This document shows positions 54,142 through 64,000 of a stretch of DNA of 64,000 nucleotides, piece after piece. This DNA is from Candidatus Wolfebacteria bacterium (GTDB taxonomy: Bacteria; Patescibacteriota; Minisyncoccia; UBA6257; UBA9933). The DNA lies in assembly GCA_024654025.1 (NCBI GenBank), contig JANLIR010000003.1:1658-65657 (forward strand). The letters are read 5' to 3'. How positions within the stretch are numbered: the stretch's first letter is position 1; each line of letters starts with the position of its first letter. Made by a program: the position numbers and the translations under genes. Below the pieces are notes generated by a model. The model did not search any database. It saw only the letters and a list, made by a program, of their open reading frames with translations, and had not been told where the DNA came from.

Positions 54142-55869
54142 ATGACCTTAACAGAACAAATTAAAGACAAGCTTGATATTGTCGATTTTATCGGCTCGTA
54201 TGTCCAGCTAAAGCCGGCGGGCAAAAATTTAAAAGGGATTTGTCCTTTTCACAAGGAAAGAACCCCGTCTTTTATGGTATCTGGCGACAGGCAAATGTGG
54301 CATTGTTTTGGTTCTTGCAGTGAAGGCGGGGATATTATCAAGTTTTTGATGAAGTATGAAAATATTGAATTCTCTGAGGCGCTCAAAGTTTTGGCGGAGA
54401 AGGCCGGCATTGAAATTCGAAGAGTAAGTCCGATGGAGCAAAAACAATTCGGAATTTTGTACGATATTAATGAAGCCGCCAAACAATTTTTTAAAAACAC
54501 GATTTTAAATAGCCGCGAAGCGCAGGATTATTTGAATTCTCGGAAATTAAATAAAGAAACCATAGATGAATTCGGAGTGGGTTTCGCGCCAACTAATCCT
54601 GATGAGCTTACCCTTTATTTGATTAATCTCGGTTACGAAATAAAAGATATTGAAAGAGCGGGATTGAATTTTAAAAGCGAACGAGGCGGATATTTCGACA
54701 GGTTCAGGGGAAGAATTATGTTTCCTATAGATAATCATTTTGGCAAGACCGTTGGTTTCAGCGGCAGGATTTTACCAAAATACGACAATGGCGATATGGG
54801 CAAATACATAAACAGCCCGGAGACGCTTATATATAATAAATCGAAAATTCTTTACGGATTAAGCAGGTCCAAGAATTTCGTCCGTGAAGAGAGCCGAGCG
54901 GTTTTGGTTGAAGGGCAGATGGATTTTTTGATGCTCTGGCAGGACGGCGTAAAAAATATAGTGGCTACTTCGGGAACGGCTTTGACCGGCGAGCATTTGA
55001 AGGCCTTAAGAAAACAAACTGATAAATTAATTTTTTGTTTTGATAATGACGAAGCCGGAATAAAGGCGGCTGAAAGAAGCATTGAGTTGGCGAATCAATC
55101 GGACTTTAGCGTTAATATTTTAATTTTGAAAGACTATAAAGATCCGGCTGAGGCAGTGGAAAAAAATCCGGGTTTGTTCAAAAGCCTGACTCAGAGCGCT
55201 AAGCCGGTTTTTGAGTTTTATTTTGAAAAGTATTTGCCACTCATAAACGACGGCGATTTTTCGGAAATTAAAAAAAATATCCGTTTTGTTTTATCCAAAA
55301 TAAAAAATATTTCAAGTCCGATTGAAAAATCCCATTGGTTGAAAGAATTGGCGGATCGGACAAAAATGGATGAAAAAGCTTTAATGGAAGAAATGGAAAA
55401 ATTAGCCGGTTCGATTTTCAAGAAAACAGCGGGAATAGTTCAAGAGGAAACATTTTCTCAAAAAGACCGTTTAGGTCTTATAGCAGACAGAGTTATCAGC
55501 ATAGCAATGGCCCAAGAGCCCTTGTTTATAAAAATAAGCGATTTTGCGGATTATTTACCCAAAGAGCACCGCTTAGTTTATGAACAATTAAAAAATAAAG
55601 TTAAAACAGATGATCCGGGAATTATAAAAATGCTGGACTCCTTGTCTCTTAGGTCGGGGTTTGAACTCGAGCTTTTTGAAAATGACCTTGATAAATTAAG
55701 CAAAGAATTTGAAAGCCTCCTTTTAAATTTAAAGGCCGAATATTTAAAAAAAGAAAGAGAGAATTTGATGTTAATGATTAGTGAGGCCGAAAAAGCAGGT
55801 GATGGAGAAAAATTGGGGAATCTTTTAAAAAAATTTGACGAATTGTCAAAAATAATACAAAATGTATAA
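54142..55869 (+). CDS. dnaG: DNA primase DnaG
   Basis: zinc-binding [11 protein letters not shown]...CFGC, TOPRIM domain EGQMDFL..DNDEAG. Confidence 0.9.
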   Translation: MTLTEQIKDKLDIVDFIGSYVQLKPAGKNLKGICPFHKERTPSFMVSGDRQMWHCFGSCSEGGDIIKFLMKYENIEFSEALKVLAEKAGIEIRRVSPMEQKQFGILYDINEAAKQFFKNTILNSREAQDYLNSRKLNKETIDEFGVGFAPTNPDELTLYLINLGYEIKDIERAGLNFKSERGGYFDRFRGRIMFPIDNHFGKTVGFSGRILPKYDNGDMGKYINSPETLIYNKSKILYGLSRSKNFVREESRAVLVEGQMDFLMLWQDGVKNIVATSGTALTGEHLKALRKQTDKLIFCFDNDEAGIKAAERSIELANQSDFSVNILILKDYKDPAEAVEKNPGLFKSLTQSAKPVFEFYFEKYLPLINDGDFSEIKKNIRFVLSKIKNISSPIEKSHWLKELADRTKMDEKALMEEMEKLAGSIFKKTAGIVQEETFSQKDRLGLIADRVISIAMAQEPLFIKISDFADYLPKEHRLVYEQLKNKVKTDDPGIIKMLDSLSLRSGFELELFENDLDKLSKEFESLLLNLKAEYLKKERENLMLMISEAEKAGDGEKLGNLLKKFDELSKIIQNV

Positions 55870-57115
55870 AATGAAAAAAAAGACCTCCAAAAAGCGAAAT
55901 TATTTTAAAAAAACCGCTTCAAAAAAGCTAAAAATAAAAAAAAGAAAGGTTTTAACTAGAAAACCTAAAAAACAAAAAAAGGCTAAAAAGGCCTTAATTT
56001 ATCATAAGCGAAAAAAAATAAAAGCGAGAGAGGCTATTTCAAGCCAAAACGAAGCTCTTATAGCTGAAGTTATAAAAAGAGGGAGAAGTCGGGGTTTTAT
56101 AACCGATGCGGAAATTTTATATCATTTTCCGAATATTGAAGACGATATTTCTTTATTGGAGGAGATTTACGATCGTTTGGCAAAGAGCGACATAAAAGTT
56201 ATTGAAACTTCAGCGCTAATTCCTGTTGTCGCCGAGGAAATTACGAAAAAAGAATTGGAAGAGGCGACTATTATAAATCAGACTTCGGAAATGCCAGACT
56301 CGGTGCAATTATATTTAAAAGAAATCGGCAGGACGCCGCTTTTGACGGCAATGGAAGAAAGGGAAATAGCCAAGAGAGTTTCCAGAGGCGACGAAGAGGC
56401 GAGAAGAAAATTGATTCAAGCCAATCTTCGTTTGGTTGTTTCAATCGCAAAAAAATACGCTTATCGAACGCATCAATTGAGTATTTTAGATTTAATTCAG
56501 GAGGGCAATATCGGCCTTTCAAAAGCAGTGGAAAAATTCGATTACAGGAAAGGATTTAAATTTTCCACTTACGCCAGCTGGTGGATAAGACAGGCGATAA
56601 CCAGAGCTTTAGCCGACCAGGCGCGAACCGTCAGAATTCCGGTTCATATGATAGAAACGATTTCTAAATTTAACCAGACCAAGAGGCGATTAATGCAAGA
56701 ATTAGGCCGAGAACCGCTTCCGGAGGAAATAGCCATTGAAATGGGCACAACTGTCGATAAAATTTATTATTTGCAAAAAATTTCCCAGGAGATTATATCG
56801 CTCGAAACGCCTTTAGGCGACGACGAAGACTCCACCTTGTCGGAGCTTATAAAAGACGAAAAAAATCTTTCGCCGTCACAGATAGCGGATTTGTCTTTGC
56901 TTAAAGAAAAAGTTAGGGCGATTTTAGTGGATTTAACGCCAAGAGAACAGGAGATTTTAAAATTGAGATTCGGTTTAGACGACGGCGTCACCCATACATT
57001 GGAAGAGGTTGGCAAAAAATTCGGCGTTACCAGAGAACGTATCAGACAAATTGAAGCTAAGTCACTTTTGAAAATGAAAGCGCATCATAGGTCGAAGGAA
57101 CTGGAGGAATACTAA
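55862..57115 (+). CDS. rpoD: RNA polymerase primary sigma factor (sigma-70, RpoD) with Lys-rich N-terminus
   Basis: regions 1.2 to 4.2: [62 protein letters not shown]. Confidence 0.9.
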   Translation: MYKMKKKTSKKRNYFKKTASKKLKIKKRKVLTRKPKKQKKAKKALIYHKRKKIKAREAISSQNEALIAEVIKRGRSRGFITDAEILYHFPNIEDDISLLEEIYDRLAKSDIKVIETSALIPVVAEEITKKELEEATIINQTSEMPDSVQLYLKEIGRTPLLTAMEEREIAKRVSRGDEEARRKLIQANLRLVVSIAKKYAYRTHQLSILDLIQEGNIGLSKAVEKFDYRKGFKFSTYASWWIRQAITRALADQARTVRIPVHMIETISKFNQTKRRLMQELGREPLPEEIAIEMGTTVDKIYYLQKISQEIISLETPLGDDEDSTLSELIKDEKNLSPSQIADLSLLKEKVRAILVDLTPREQEILKLRFGLDDGVTHTLEEVGKKFGVTRERIRQIEAKSLLKMKAHHRSKELEEY

Positions 57116-57166
57116 GGGAAACGACGAAAAATATTTCCTAATAAAAGATTAAAAAAATTATTTAAC

Positions 57167-58981
57167 ATGACTTCAGAAGAACTGCGAAAATCATTTTTAG
57201 ATTTTTTTAAATCAAAAGGGCATGCGATTGTTTTGTCTTCATCTTTAATACCAGATGATCCGTCTGTGCTGCTTACAACCGCCGGAATGCAGCAATTTAA
57301 AAAATATTACACCGGCGAGCTTAACGCGATGAGCGATTTTAAATCTCAAAGAACCGCCTCAGTCCAAAAGAGTTTTCGGACCAGCGACATTGAAGAGGTT
57401 GGCGATAAAACGCACCTAACTTTTTTTGAGATGCTTGGCAATTTTTCTTTCGGCCCTGTGGGAAGCGACAAGCCGGACGATTTGGAAACGGACGGTTATT
57501 TTAAAAGGTCATCTATTCATTGGGCGTACGAATACATTACTAAAGTGCTGGAGATTGGATTAGACAGAATTTACGTGACTGTTTTTGAGGGTAACGATGA
57601 AGTTCCTTTTGACGAGGAGTCGTATAAGATTTGGCATGAGGAAATTAAAATGACGAAGGAAAAAATTCTAATGGGTAACCGCGCGGATAATTTTTGGGGG
57701 CCGACTGGAGATTCGGGCCCGTGCGGGCCAACAACGGAAATCTATGTGGACGGAGTTGAGGTTTGGAACGTTGTTTTTAACGAATATTTCCAAGAAAAAG
57801 GCGGAAAGTTGAGAAAAGTTGAAAATCCGGGTGTTGATACTGGAATGGGCTTTGAAAGGCTGCTGTCGGTTTTGCAGGCAAAGGAAAGTGTTTTTGAAAC
57901 CGATGTTTTTGAGGGCTTTGTTTCTAAAATAAAAGAATTGGCGCCTTCTTTAGCGGACAAAGAAAATGGCAAAGAAAATATTGTCCGGATTTTTGCCGAC
58001 CATTTAAGAGGGGCGATATTTTTGACAGCTGACGGCATAAGGCCGTCGAACAAAGAGGCGGGATACGTTTTGAGGCGGTTGATACGCCGATTATTGGCTT
58101 ATGAAGTCAAATATGACATTCACGCTAATTTTTTTTCCGAGGCGATAAAAATTATTAAAAATAAATTTGCCGAAGTTTACCCGGAGTTAAATAACGATAA
58201 AATTATTCTGGATGTTTTGGAAGGTGAACGAACAAAATATCAGGAAGCAATAGGTTTGGGCGCTAAGGAAATAGAAAAGCTTAACGCTCTGGGCGAAAAG
58301 ATTACCGGAGTCGTAGCGTTTAATTTATATCAAACTTTTAGCATTTCGCCGGAAATTACGTTGGAATTGGCGAAAAACGTTGATAAGGATAATTTTCAAA
58401 AAGAATTTGATGAAGAAACTAAAAAGCATCAGGAAATTTCCCGCGCCGGAGTTGAGAAAAAATTCGGCGGTCACGGTTTAATTTTAGACACTGGAGAGCT
58501 TAAAGCGGGAAGCGAGGAAGAAATGAATAAAGTTATCCGTTTGCATACCGCCACTCATTTGCTTCATCAGGCGCTCAGAGATGTTTTGGGCGATGGCGTT
58601 GACCAGCGCGGCAGCGATATTAATCCCGAGCGGGCGCGATTTGATTTTCTTTTTAACAGAAAACTTACGGCTGATGAGATTAAAAAAGTTGAGGAAATCG
58701 TGAATGAGAAAATAAACCAAAAATTGCCGGTTCGTTTTAAAGAAATGCCGAAAGAAGACGCGGAAAAAACCGGAGCTCGCAAATTTTTTAAAGGTAATTA
58801 CCCGCTAATTGTGAAAGTATATTATATTGGCCAGGAAGACGATATTTTGAAAGCGTATTCCAAAGAGTTTTGCGGCGGGCCTCACGTAGAAAATATTTTT
58901 GAGATAGGGAAATTTAAAATTATTAAAGAAGAGGCGAGTTCGGCTGGAGTCCGCCGGATAAGAGCAACAATCAGCGAATAA
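57167..58981 (+). CDS. alaS: Alanyl-tRNA synthetase, short form (catalytic, tRNA-recognition and editing domains; no C-Ala domain)
   Basis: N-terminal class II core TSEELRKSFLDFFKSKGHAIV..LLTTAGMQQF; editing-site HxxxH...CGGPH; only 604 aa. Confidence 0.8.
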   Translation: MTSEELRKSFLDFFKSKGHAIVLSSSLIPDDPSVLLTTAGMQQFKKYYTGELNAMSDFKSQRTASVQKSFRTSDIEEVGDKTHLTFFEMLGNFSFGPVGSDKPDDLETDGYFKRSSIHWAYEYITKVLEIGLDRIYVTVFEGNDEVPFDEESYKIWHEEIKMTKEKILMGNRADNFWGPTGDSGPCGPTTEIYVDGVEVWNVVFNEYFQEKGGKLRKVENPGVDTGMGFERLLSVLQAKESVFETDVFEGFVSKIKELAPSLADKENGKENIVRIFADHLRGAIFLTADGIRPSNKEAGYVLRRLIRRLLAYEVKYDIHANFFSEAIKIIKNKFAEVYPELNNDKIILDVLEGERTKYQEAIGLGAKEIEKLNALGEKITGVVAFNLYQTFSISPEITLELAKNVDKDNFQKEFDEETKKHQEISRAGVEKKFGGHGLILDTGELKAGSEEEMNKVIRLHTATHLLHQALRDVLGDGVDQRGSDINPERARFDFLFNRKLTADEIKKVEEIVNEKINQKLPVRFKEMPKEDAEKTGARKFFKGNYPLIVKVYYIGQEDDILKAYSKEFCGGPHVENIFEIGKFKIIKEEASSAGVRRIRATISE

Positions 58982-58982
58982 A

Positions 58983-59381
58983 ATGAAATTACTGGATTTT
59001 TTAAAAAAGATTTTTCTTTTCCGGTTTTTCGATAAACTGGAGGATAAAATTAGAGGTAAATTAAGCCATCATCCGGTTATTTACGCGATGATTGGAAGCG
59101 TGGGGATAATCTTGTTGTGGCGCGGTATTTGGATAATAGCGGATAATTACAATATGAGCGGATTGGTGTCTGTTATTTTGGGGGCGGCGATTTTACTGGC
59201 AACCGGTCTTTTTGTGTCGTTTTTTGTGGGTGACCGTGTAATAATCAGCGGAATTAAGGAGGAGAAAAGAATAGACGAAAAAACCGAGGAGGAGATAAAA
59301 AAAGAAACAGAGGAGATAAAAGAGATAAAAACAGAACTTAAGGAGATAGGAAAAGACATCGAGGAGCTTAAAAACAAATAG
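58983..59381 (+). CDS. Hypothetical membrane protein with Glu/Lys-rich C-terminal coiled coil
   Basis: 2 TM then EEIKKETEEIKEIKTELKEIGKDIEELKNK. Confidence 0.45.
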   Translation: MKLLDFLKKIFLFRFFDKLEDKIRGKLSHHPVIYAMIGSVGIILLWRGIWIIADNYNMSGLVSVILGAAILLATGLFVSFFVGDRVIISGIKEEKRIDEKTEEEIKKETEEIKEIKTELKEIGKDIEELKNK

Positions 59382-59447
59382 AGGTTTTTATGTTAAACAA
59401 TTTTTTAAATTATTTGGCAATAAAAGCCGAAGTTTATCGTCTTTATT

Positions 59448-59975
59448 ATGAGCGGCTTAAAAGGAAAAAAATTGGAGAAGCAATTTCTGGAAGCCTATGA
59501 TCAATACGCAGAAGCGATTTTAAGGCATGCCTATCTTAGAGTGAGTAGCCGGGCCATAGCTCAAGATTTGACTTCGGAGACCTTTGTTAAAACATGGCAG
59601 TTTGTCGCCGGCGGCGGAGAAGTAAAGAATTTCAAAAGTTTTTTGTATCGGGTATGCAATAATTTGATAATTGATTATTACAGGAGCAAGGCGAAAACCA
59701 ACGTGTCTTTAGAGGACGTGGCAGAACAATCCGAGCCGGTTCAAGAGGCGCCGCATAATGATATTGATACGGTTATCGCTTTTGAGTCCATAAAAAAACA
59801 TTTGGATTCTTTGCCCCATGATTACAAACAAATTTTGATACACCGATATATTGACGAGCTCGATATCGTGGAAATTAAAGAAATCACCGGAAAATCAATG
59901 ACTAATATTTATACAATAATCCACAGAGGCTTGAAGATGTTAAGAAAAAAAACAGAAGATGATCAAAAGAATTAA
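59448..59975 (+). CDS. ECF-type sigma-70 family sigma factor
   Basis: region 2 LTSETFVKTWQ and region 4 HTH IVEIKEITGKSMTNIYTIIHRGLKML. Confidence 0.8.
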   Translation: MSGLKGKKLEKQFLEAYDQYAEAILRHAYLRVSSRAIAQDLTSETFVKTWQFVAGGGEVKNFKSFLYRVCNNLIIDYYRSKAKTNVSLEDVAEQSEPVQEAPHNDIDTVIAFESIKKHLDSLPHDYKQILIHRYIDELDIVEIKEITGKSMTNIYTIIHRGLKMLRKKTEDDQKN

Positions 59976-61089
59976 ACCAAAATTAATATTGAAAGAATTG
60001 AAGAAAATTCCTTCTGATGAGAAGTTTTTAATGTCCTTGCGTGAGGGGCTGGTTAATTATGTTAAAACGAATCCGGCAGCGGATTATGAAATAAAAGTTC
60101 TTGAGAAAACGCCGTTTAAAACAAGTAAAATAAGGATGGCTCCAGCCGCGCTTATCGGAATAATCGCGGTTTTGTCGGGCGCGGGAACGGTTGCCGCGTC
60201 TCAAAACAGTTTGCCCGGAGAAGCGCTGTACAATATAAAATTATTAAGCGAGAGGGCGCGAGTCGCGGTTGTTTTGAATCCAAAAAACAAGGCGGATTTG
60301 CAGTTCGCGCTGGTTCAAAAAAGAATAAATGAAGCGAAAGAATTTCTTGAAAAAGCAAAAATGGAGCAGTTGACGCGCCAACAACAAGAATCGGATTTAA
60401 GCGCCGCGGTTGATAATTTTAATGAGAATCTTAGCGGAGTTTACGGATGGGCTGATAATTTGAAAAAAGAGGGGAATTTTGAAGACGCGATTCAAGTAAA
60501 TTCCGATTTAAAAACAGCGGCCAGCGTTTATCAGCAAATTTTAGAACAGAATCTTGACGGCGATATTTATGAAAAAACCAGCGAAATAAATAAGAGTATG
60601 GCCGTGGTTGATGAATGGAAAAACAAAGCAAAAAGCGAGATTGAAGATATTAATCAAAAAGAATCATCTGGAGTTCGGTCAAACGGTTTTGAAAACAGCG
60701 CCCAAAATAAGATAAACGCCGCCTCTAAAAAAGTTGAAACAATAGAAAAAATAATTGAGAAAAAGAGAAATAATTTAGATTCTCAAACTCAGCAATTATC
60801 CCGACAAAAAATAGAAGACACTAAACAAATTTTGGAAAATGCTCAAAGCGATTATAACAGCGGAAATTATGAAAACGCTTTTGAAAAATCTCAGGATCTG
60901 ATAAAAAATCTTTCGGGGACTAAAGCGTTTTTTGAGATTTCTCCGGAAATCAACTCCGATAGTTTAAGAAATTTTTGGGATGAAGACAAAAGCAGTGGCG
61001 ATAATAAGGAAAACTCAAAGATTGAGAGAACTAAAAATTCGGAAAAAAGCGGAGAGAAAATAAAATCGCAAGAAAACAGTGAAAATTAA
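59959..61089 (+). CDS. Putative anti-sigma factor / DUF5667-like membrane protein
   Basis: overlaps the ECF sigma gene by 17 nt; single TM MAPAALIGIIAVLSGAG, extracytoplasmic helical domain. Confidence 0.45.
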   Translation: MIKRIKPKLILKELKKIPSDEKFLMSLREGLVNYVKTNPAADYEIKVLEKTPFKTSKIRMAPAALIGIIAVLSGAGTVAASQNSLPGEALYNIKLLSERARVAVVLNPKNKADLQFALVQKRINEAKEFLEKAKMEQLTRQQQESDLSAAVDNFNENLSGVYGWADNLKKEGNFEDAIQVNSDLKTAASVYQQILEQNLDGDIYEKTSEINKSMAVVDEWKNKAKSEIEDINQKESSGVRSNGFENSAQNKINAASKKVETIEKIIEKKRNNLDSQTQQLSRQKIEDTKQILENAQSDYNSGNYENAFEKSQDLIKNLSGTKAFFEISPEINSDSLRNFWDEDKSSGDNKENSKIERTKNSEKSGEKIKSQENSEN

Positions 61090-61090
61090 T

Positions 61091-61477
61091 TTATTCGTCT
61101 TTTAGTTCGCGTATTTTGTATTTTACTTCTTCTGACAAACCGCGAAGATGAGCTATTTCAGTGTTTACCCGGTGAAGGTTATCAAAAGCGATAGAGCCGC
61201 GGCTAACACGCTCGTTTTTGTCCTTTTGGGCAATGGCGGCGTTATAATTCATTTCTAATTTCTCAGCTATTTTTTCGAGGTCGTTTATTTTTTCTGCCAG
61301 CTCTTTTAATTGCTCCTCTAAGTTTTTTATGTCTTTTATTTCGCGATTTTTTTCAAAGGAAAAAACCTCGGTAAATTTCCCAGGCTGGGAACGAGTTTTG
61401 GCCGGCTTAACGTTTCTTACGGCTTCGCCGGCTTTTTTAAAGTCAATAATATTATTTAGATTTTCAGATTTTTCCAT
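61091..61477 (-). CDS. Hypothetical coiled-coil protein
   Basis: 128 aa, heptad-rich; convergent with the anti-sigma gene. Confidence 0.45.
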   Translation of the reverse strand: MEKSENLNNIIDFKKAGEAVRNVKPAKTRSQPGKFTEVFSFEKNREIKDIKNLEEQLKELAEKINDLEKIAEKLEMNYNAAIAQKDKNERVSRGSIAFDNLHRVNTEIAHLRGLSEEVKYKIRELKDE

Positions 61478-61503
61478 AATTAGATTTTAACAGAAAAAAT
61501 ATT

Positions 61504-61538
61504 TAAAAAAAGCCGCCATACCCAGAGGGGTTGGCGGC
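61504..61538 (-). terminator. Intrinsic terminator (minus strand)
   Basis: gccgcca - 13 nt loop - tggcggc followed by a U-run on the minus strand. Confidence 0.55.
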
Positions 61539-61564
61539 GGATCTTGTTTCTGTTAATCACGGAG

Positions 61565-61759
61565 TTATCGGCGACAATCAGGACAAAGATCGTTTTCGTC
61601 CAGATGTTCGTTTCGGGTAACACGCTGACACTTTTTGCAGTACCTTCCATCTCCGTTTAGAAGGAGATGGAAGTCATCTATTATCTCACCCCCGCCATAA
61701 GGAGATTTTCCTTTTTTGGGCGGTTCGTTTGAGGTGGGCTTGCGCGTCAGATATCCCAT
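61565..61759 (-). CDS. Small zinc-ribbon protein
   Basis: CKKCQ...CPDC; SD caggagga 5 nt upstream of the ATG. Confidence 0.55.
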   Translation of the reverse strand: MGYLTRKPTSNEPPKKGKSPYGGGEIIDDFHLLLNGDGRYCKKCQRVTRNEHLDENDLCPDCRR

Positions 61760-61790
61760 AGGTCCTCCTGAAAGTCAGATGGTTTGTGGT

Positions 61791-61958
61791 TTATACAACT
61801 GCGCCTTCTTTGCGGAGATTTTCCGCGCATGAGTCGCAGACCTGGCCTACGCCTTCAACATAATTTCTGCGTAGGTCCACTGGAGTGTCTTTTGTGAAAG
61901 GCGTTTCTTTTTGGCAGATGACGCAAATTTCTTTCTGGTCTTTTTCTTTCTTGTCCAT
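61791..61958 (-). CDS. Small zinc-finger protein (start at MDKKEK, preceded by gaaggagg)
   Basis: CVIC...CDSC; strong SD supports the internal start over the longer ORF. Confidence 0.5.
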   Translation of the reverse strand: MDKKEKDQKEICVICQKETPFTKDTPVDLRRNYVEGVGQVCDSCAENLRKEGAVV

Positions 61959-62378
61959 CTCCGTGTCCTCCTTCGGTAGGGTATTTTCGGGCGAAAATCG
62001 CGAAAATCGTTTAATTTGAACTGCAAAAATAATATCAGGAAAACAGGGGATTGTCAAATAAAATACCTTTTCGGGTGTTTTATTTTTTGGCTCGCCCTGC
62101 TCAACGATTTCCGAACTTTTGACTGGGCAAGCGAATACAAATATCCGACTGTAGTTTTAGACCAAATGAAAGAAATGCTGGCTAAGTACGCGAATGTATA
62201 ACCCGTTCTTGCCCCGTGTTTGCCCGTGTGGCGAGCGGTTCACCAGAAGTAAGAGATTTGCACCAATACGAAAACCAAAAATGATTGTGAACGAGTTTTG
62301 AGACTTTAAAACGATTTGCTTAACTTCCCAAAAGTTAAGCAAATATGACTCCGCTGGACTTGTTCCCCGGGCAAGCGT

Positions 62379-62702
62379 ATGTTCTTGCTTGCTATGGAGG
62401 ACGATGACATTGAAGCGATCCTTGCGACCGCCAAAAACATAAGAATGCCACATCGACGCGGATCATTTAATCCGTTATCTTCACTTCCGGAACCGAAAGC
62501 CAAACTCAAACAAGCGATTAAGGAACGAATCAGACTCTTGGCTGGTGCTTATATCTCACTGGCCGGATTTGTGGACGATGACGATATAAGATTTGCCGAG
62601 GATAATCCGAAGTCAAAGAAAACTCAAGCTATATATCTCAAAGTGCTTGAGGATATGGAAACGGCGAAAAAGGAAATAAAGGAATTTAAACTTATTGAAT
62701 AA
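62379..62702 (+). CDS. Hypothetical acidic protein
   Basis: 107-aa ORF with protein-like composition; no SD; overlaps an antisense ORF judged less plausible. Confidence 0.3.
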   Translation: MFLLAMEDDDIEAILATAKNIRMPHRRGSFNPLSSLPEPKAKLKQAIKERIRLLAGAYISLAGFVDDDDIRFAEDNPKSKKTQAIYLKVLEDMETAKKEIKEFKLIE

Positions 62703-62711
62703 GCTGATTTT

Positions 62712-62873
62712 TTATTTTTTCTTAATTTTAATTATTCCAATAATACCGCCAATGACCGCTAAAACTCCGAGTCCTTGAGCTCCAGGACTATCATCATATC
62801 CGCCATAAACAAATATAAATATTCCAAACAATATCGCAAAGATTAAAAATGCTATTTTAAGCTTTTTATTCAT
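62712..62873 (-). CDS. Small membrane protein (53 aa)
   Basis: MNKKLKIAFLIFAILFGIFIFVYGG...GVLAVIGGIIGIIKIKKK; below the ORF-track cutoff, found by reading the strand. Confidence 0.4.
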   Translation of the reverse strand: MNKKLKIAFLIFAILFGIFIFVYGGYDDSPGAQGLGVLAVIGGIIGIIKIKKK

Positions 62874-62875
62874 AA

Positions 62876-63052
62876 TTATTTATTTTTAACATCGGCTTCT
62901 TCTTTAGCTTTTAATTTCTGTTCGTGTTGATGATCTAAAAGTCTAACTATAAGATCAGCCAAACGGTCGGAAAAAGCCTCTTCCATTTGCTCAACGGTCA
63001 TTCCTTTCGGAAGTGTTCTCGGTTTTATTTCTTTTTTAACTTCTTGTGCCAT
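62876..63052 (-). CDS. Small hypothetical protein (58 aa)
   Basis: MAQEVKKEIKPRTLPKGMTVEQMEEAFSDRLADLIVRLLDHQHEQ...; its stop abuts the start of the downstream small membrane protein. Confidence 0.35.
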   Translation of the reverse strand: MAQEVKKEIKPRTLPKGMTVEQMEEAFSDRLADLIVRLLDHQHEQKLKAKEEADVKNK

Positions 63053-63080
63053 AGCTTTGATAATTTAGCGTCTACCGTAA

Positions 63081-63998
63081 CTATTTTGAACCCAATTTGA
63101 TTGTCTGGATAATGCGATCAACTGTTGAATCAAGATCGAAAGATGTTCGCTCGTTCTTACATGTCGTCTTTTGCAGATCATCGTAATTGTCGCATTGCGG
63201 ATAGACCAGAGTAAAACTTACTGTCACCAATTTATCATCCTTGATCGTGGAGTAGTCATAAGTAGTATAAACAGAACCGGCCGCACCCTCGCTACTTGCT
63301 TTGACACAATATGTCCGATTGTCGACCATCCGCTTTGCAACTCTCTGGGGTAGACTGCTCTCGGCTGGCGTTTCTAAACAATTTAACTGACGACCATTGT
63401 TTAATACAGCAACCTTCGGAGGCCAGGATTGAGTAAAGATATAATCGGTTAATAATCTTTCCGGATACTTAAACGAGATTCCAGTTTGGTCGTCAGCACT
63501 AAGTTTCCATAGATCATTATTTGCTTCATCCGGGCATTGGGCAAATTCACATCTAGGTCCAGTGCGTCCAACATACGAGCCGTCCGGACAAAGCTTGGCT
63601 TCTTCTGTGCAAGCCATTTGTCCTAAATTTGCCGAACTGTTGAGTTGCCAAATTGAATAATTAAGATACCCGGCAAAACTTACCCAAAGGATGTACGGAA
63701 AAAGAAGCCACATGGCCGGACGAGATATTTTTGCAAAGGTGATGATCGTGGCCAAAATGGCGAGCCAGAGAAAAACCATCTCAAAAAGTGCTCCGCCCGG
63801 GCTGTGCAGACCGAAAAAGATAATCGACCATAGAGTATTTAAAACCATTTGAACCCCAAAAGCCCAATAGGCCAGGCGTTTGCTTTTTCCGCTCTCATCC
63901 TTCCAGACAAGATAAAGTGCGTAGCCCATCAAAAGGAACAGCGTCGTCCAAACCGGTCCGAATATCCATGCTGGTGGATTTAGAGCCGGCTTGACCAA
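63081..63998 (-). CDS. tspO: TspO/MBR (tryptophan-rich sensory protein) family membrane protein with a C-terminal Cys-rich extracytoplasmic domain; 5' end beyond the window
   Basis: PPAWIFGPVWTTLFLLMGYALYLVW...W-rich TM helices; C-terminal CTEEAKLCPDG...CEFAQCPDE. Confidence 0.6.
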   Translation of the reverse strand: MVKPALNPPAWIFGPVWTTLFLLMGYALYLVWKDESGKSKRLAYWAFGVQMVLNTLWSIIFFGLHSPGGALFEMVFLWLAILATIITFAKISRPAMWLLFPYILWVSFAGYLNYSIWQLNSSANLGQMACTEEAKLCPDGSYVGRTGPRCEFAQCPDEANNDLWKLSADDQTGISFKYPERLLTDYIFTQSWPPKVAVLNNGRQLNCLETPAESSLPQRVAKRMVDNRTYCVKASSEGAAGSVYTTYDYSTIKDDKLVTVSFTLVYPQCDNYDDLQKTTCKNERTSFDLDSTVDRIIQTIKLGSK

Positions 63999-64000
63999 CA

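Noticed and set aside
62157-62453. 98-aa minus-strand ORF overlapping the 62379-62702 ORF
   Set aside because: Its composition is less protein-like (W/H/F-rich, no SD). The plus-strand ORF was preferred, itself with low confidence.

Overview
This is an AT-rich (about 38-40% GC) bacterial chromosomal window with dense short genes on both strands and no rRNA or CRISPR.

Gene content and order look like a Candidate Phyla Radiation (Patescibacteria-like) genome. The evidence is: a ribosomal S10/spc operon with no L30 and no S10 gene at its head; an H+-pyrophosphatase; a class I lysyl-tRNA synthetase; a truncated AlaRS; a complete type IV pilus locus together with dprA; and several minimal housekeeping operons. 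This taxonomic placement is inference only.

Content in order:
- ftsE (5' partial) and ftsX.
- A GT-C glycosyltransferase on the minus strand.
- nusA with a leader hairpin, hppA, clpP, gap, trmD.
- A CsoR-controlled copper operon: csoR, an exported Cys/His/Met protein, a CcdA/DsbD-like gene, a Sco-like gene, copA and a SHOCT-domain gene.
- A GC-shifted minus-strand islet next to tRNA-Leu(GAG): an ArsR-family regulator, an NAD(P)H FMN reductase, a small membrane protein, a secreted cupredoxin-like protein and a Zn-ribbon protein.
- rplS and an RluA-family pseudouridine synthase, tRNA-Val(GAC) and tRNA-Ile(GAU), two small membrane proteins, dprA and topA.
- rpsL-rpsG-fusA followed directly by rplM-rpsI (no tuf and no rpsJ), then tsaE.
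- A contiguous type IV pilus locus: pilM, pilN, pilO, a small protein, pilB, pilT, pilC, the major pilin, pilD and three minor pilins.
- rplC through rplO, then secY, adk and map.
- A GC-shifted membrane-protein insertion, a GT2 gene, greA, a decayed GIY-YIG element, class I lysRS, dnaG, rpoD, a short alaS, an ECF sigma / anti-sigma pair, small Zn-ribbon proteins and a TspO gene (5' partial at the window end).

Most unusual, and previously undescribed as far as can be judged from sequence alone:
1. Three near-identical copies of a ~145-bp element with terminal inverted repeats sit exactly between the stop codon of one ribosomal-protein gene and the ATG of the next (L29|S17, L24|L5, S5|L15). 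Each is flanked by TATG.
2. A second family of elements has ACCCCGC-type terminal inverted repeats and homologous flanks. It is inserted right after TAA stop codons. One copy carries a decayed GIY-YIG nuclease gene, one is a gene-less miniature upstream of a pilus-locus gene, and a related inverted-repeat pair brackets the 5' end of a minor-pilin gene.
3. Short GC-rich palindromic GGCGGA..TCCGCC segments are inserted in frame into conserved housekeeping genes (gap, the GT2 gene, tsaE).
4. A copper operon combines CsoR, CcdA-like, Sco-like and CopA, with a textbook CsoR operator inside a promoter that has a 19-bp spacer.
5. Several GC-rich, hairpin-dense intergenic regions are candidate structured RNAs, lying upstream of trmD, pilB and rplC.
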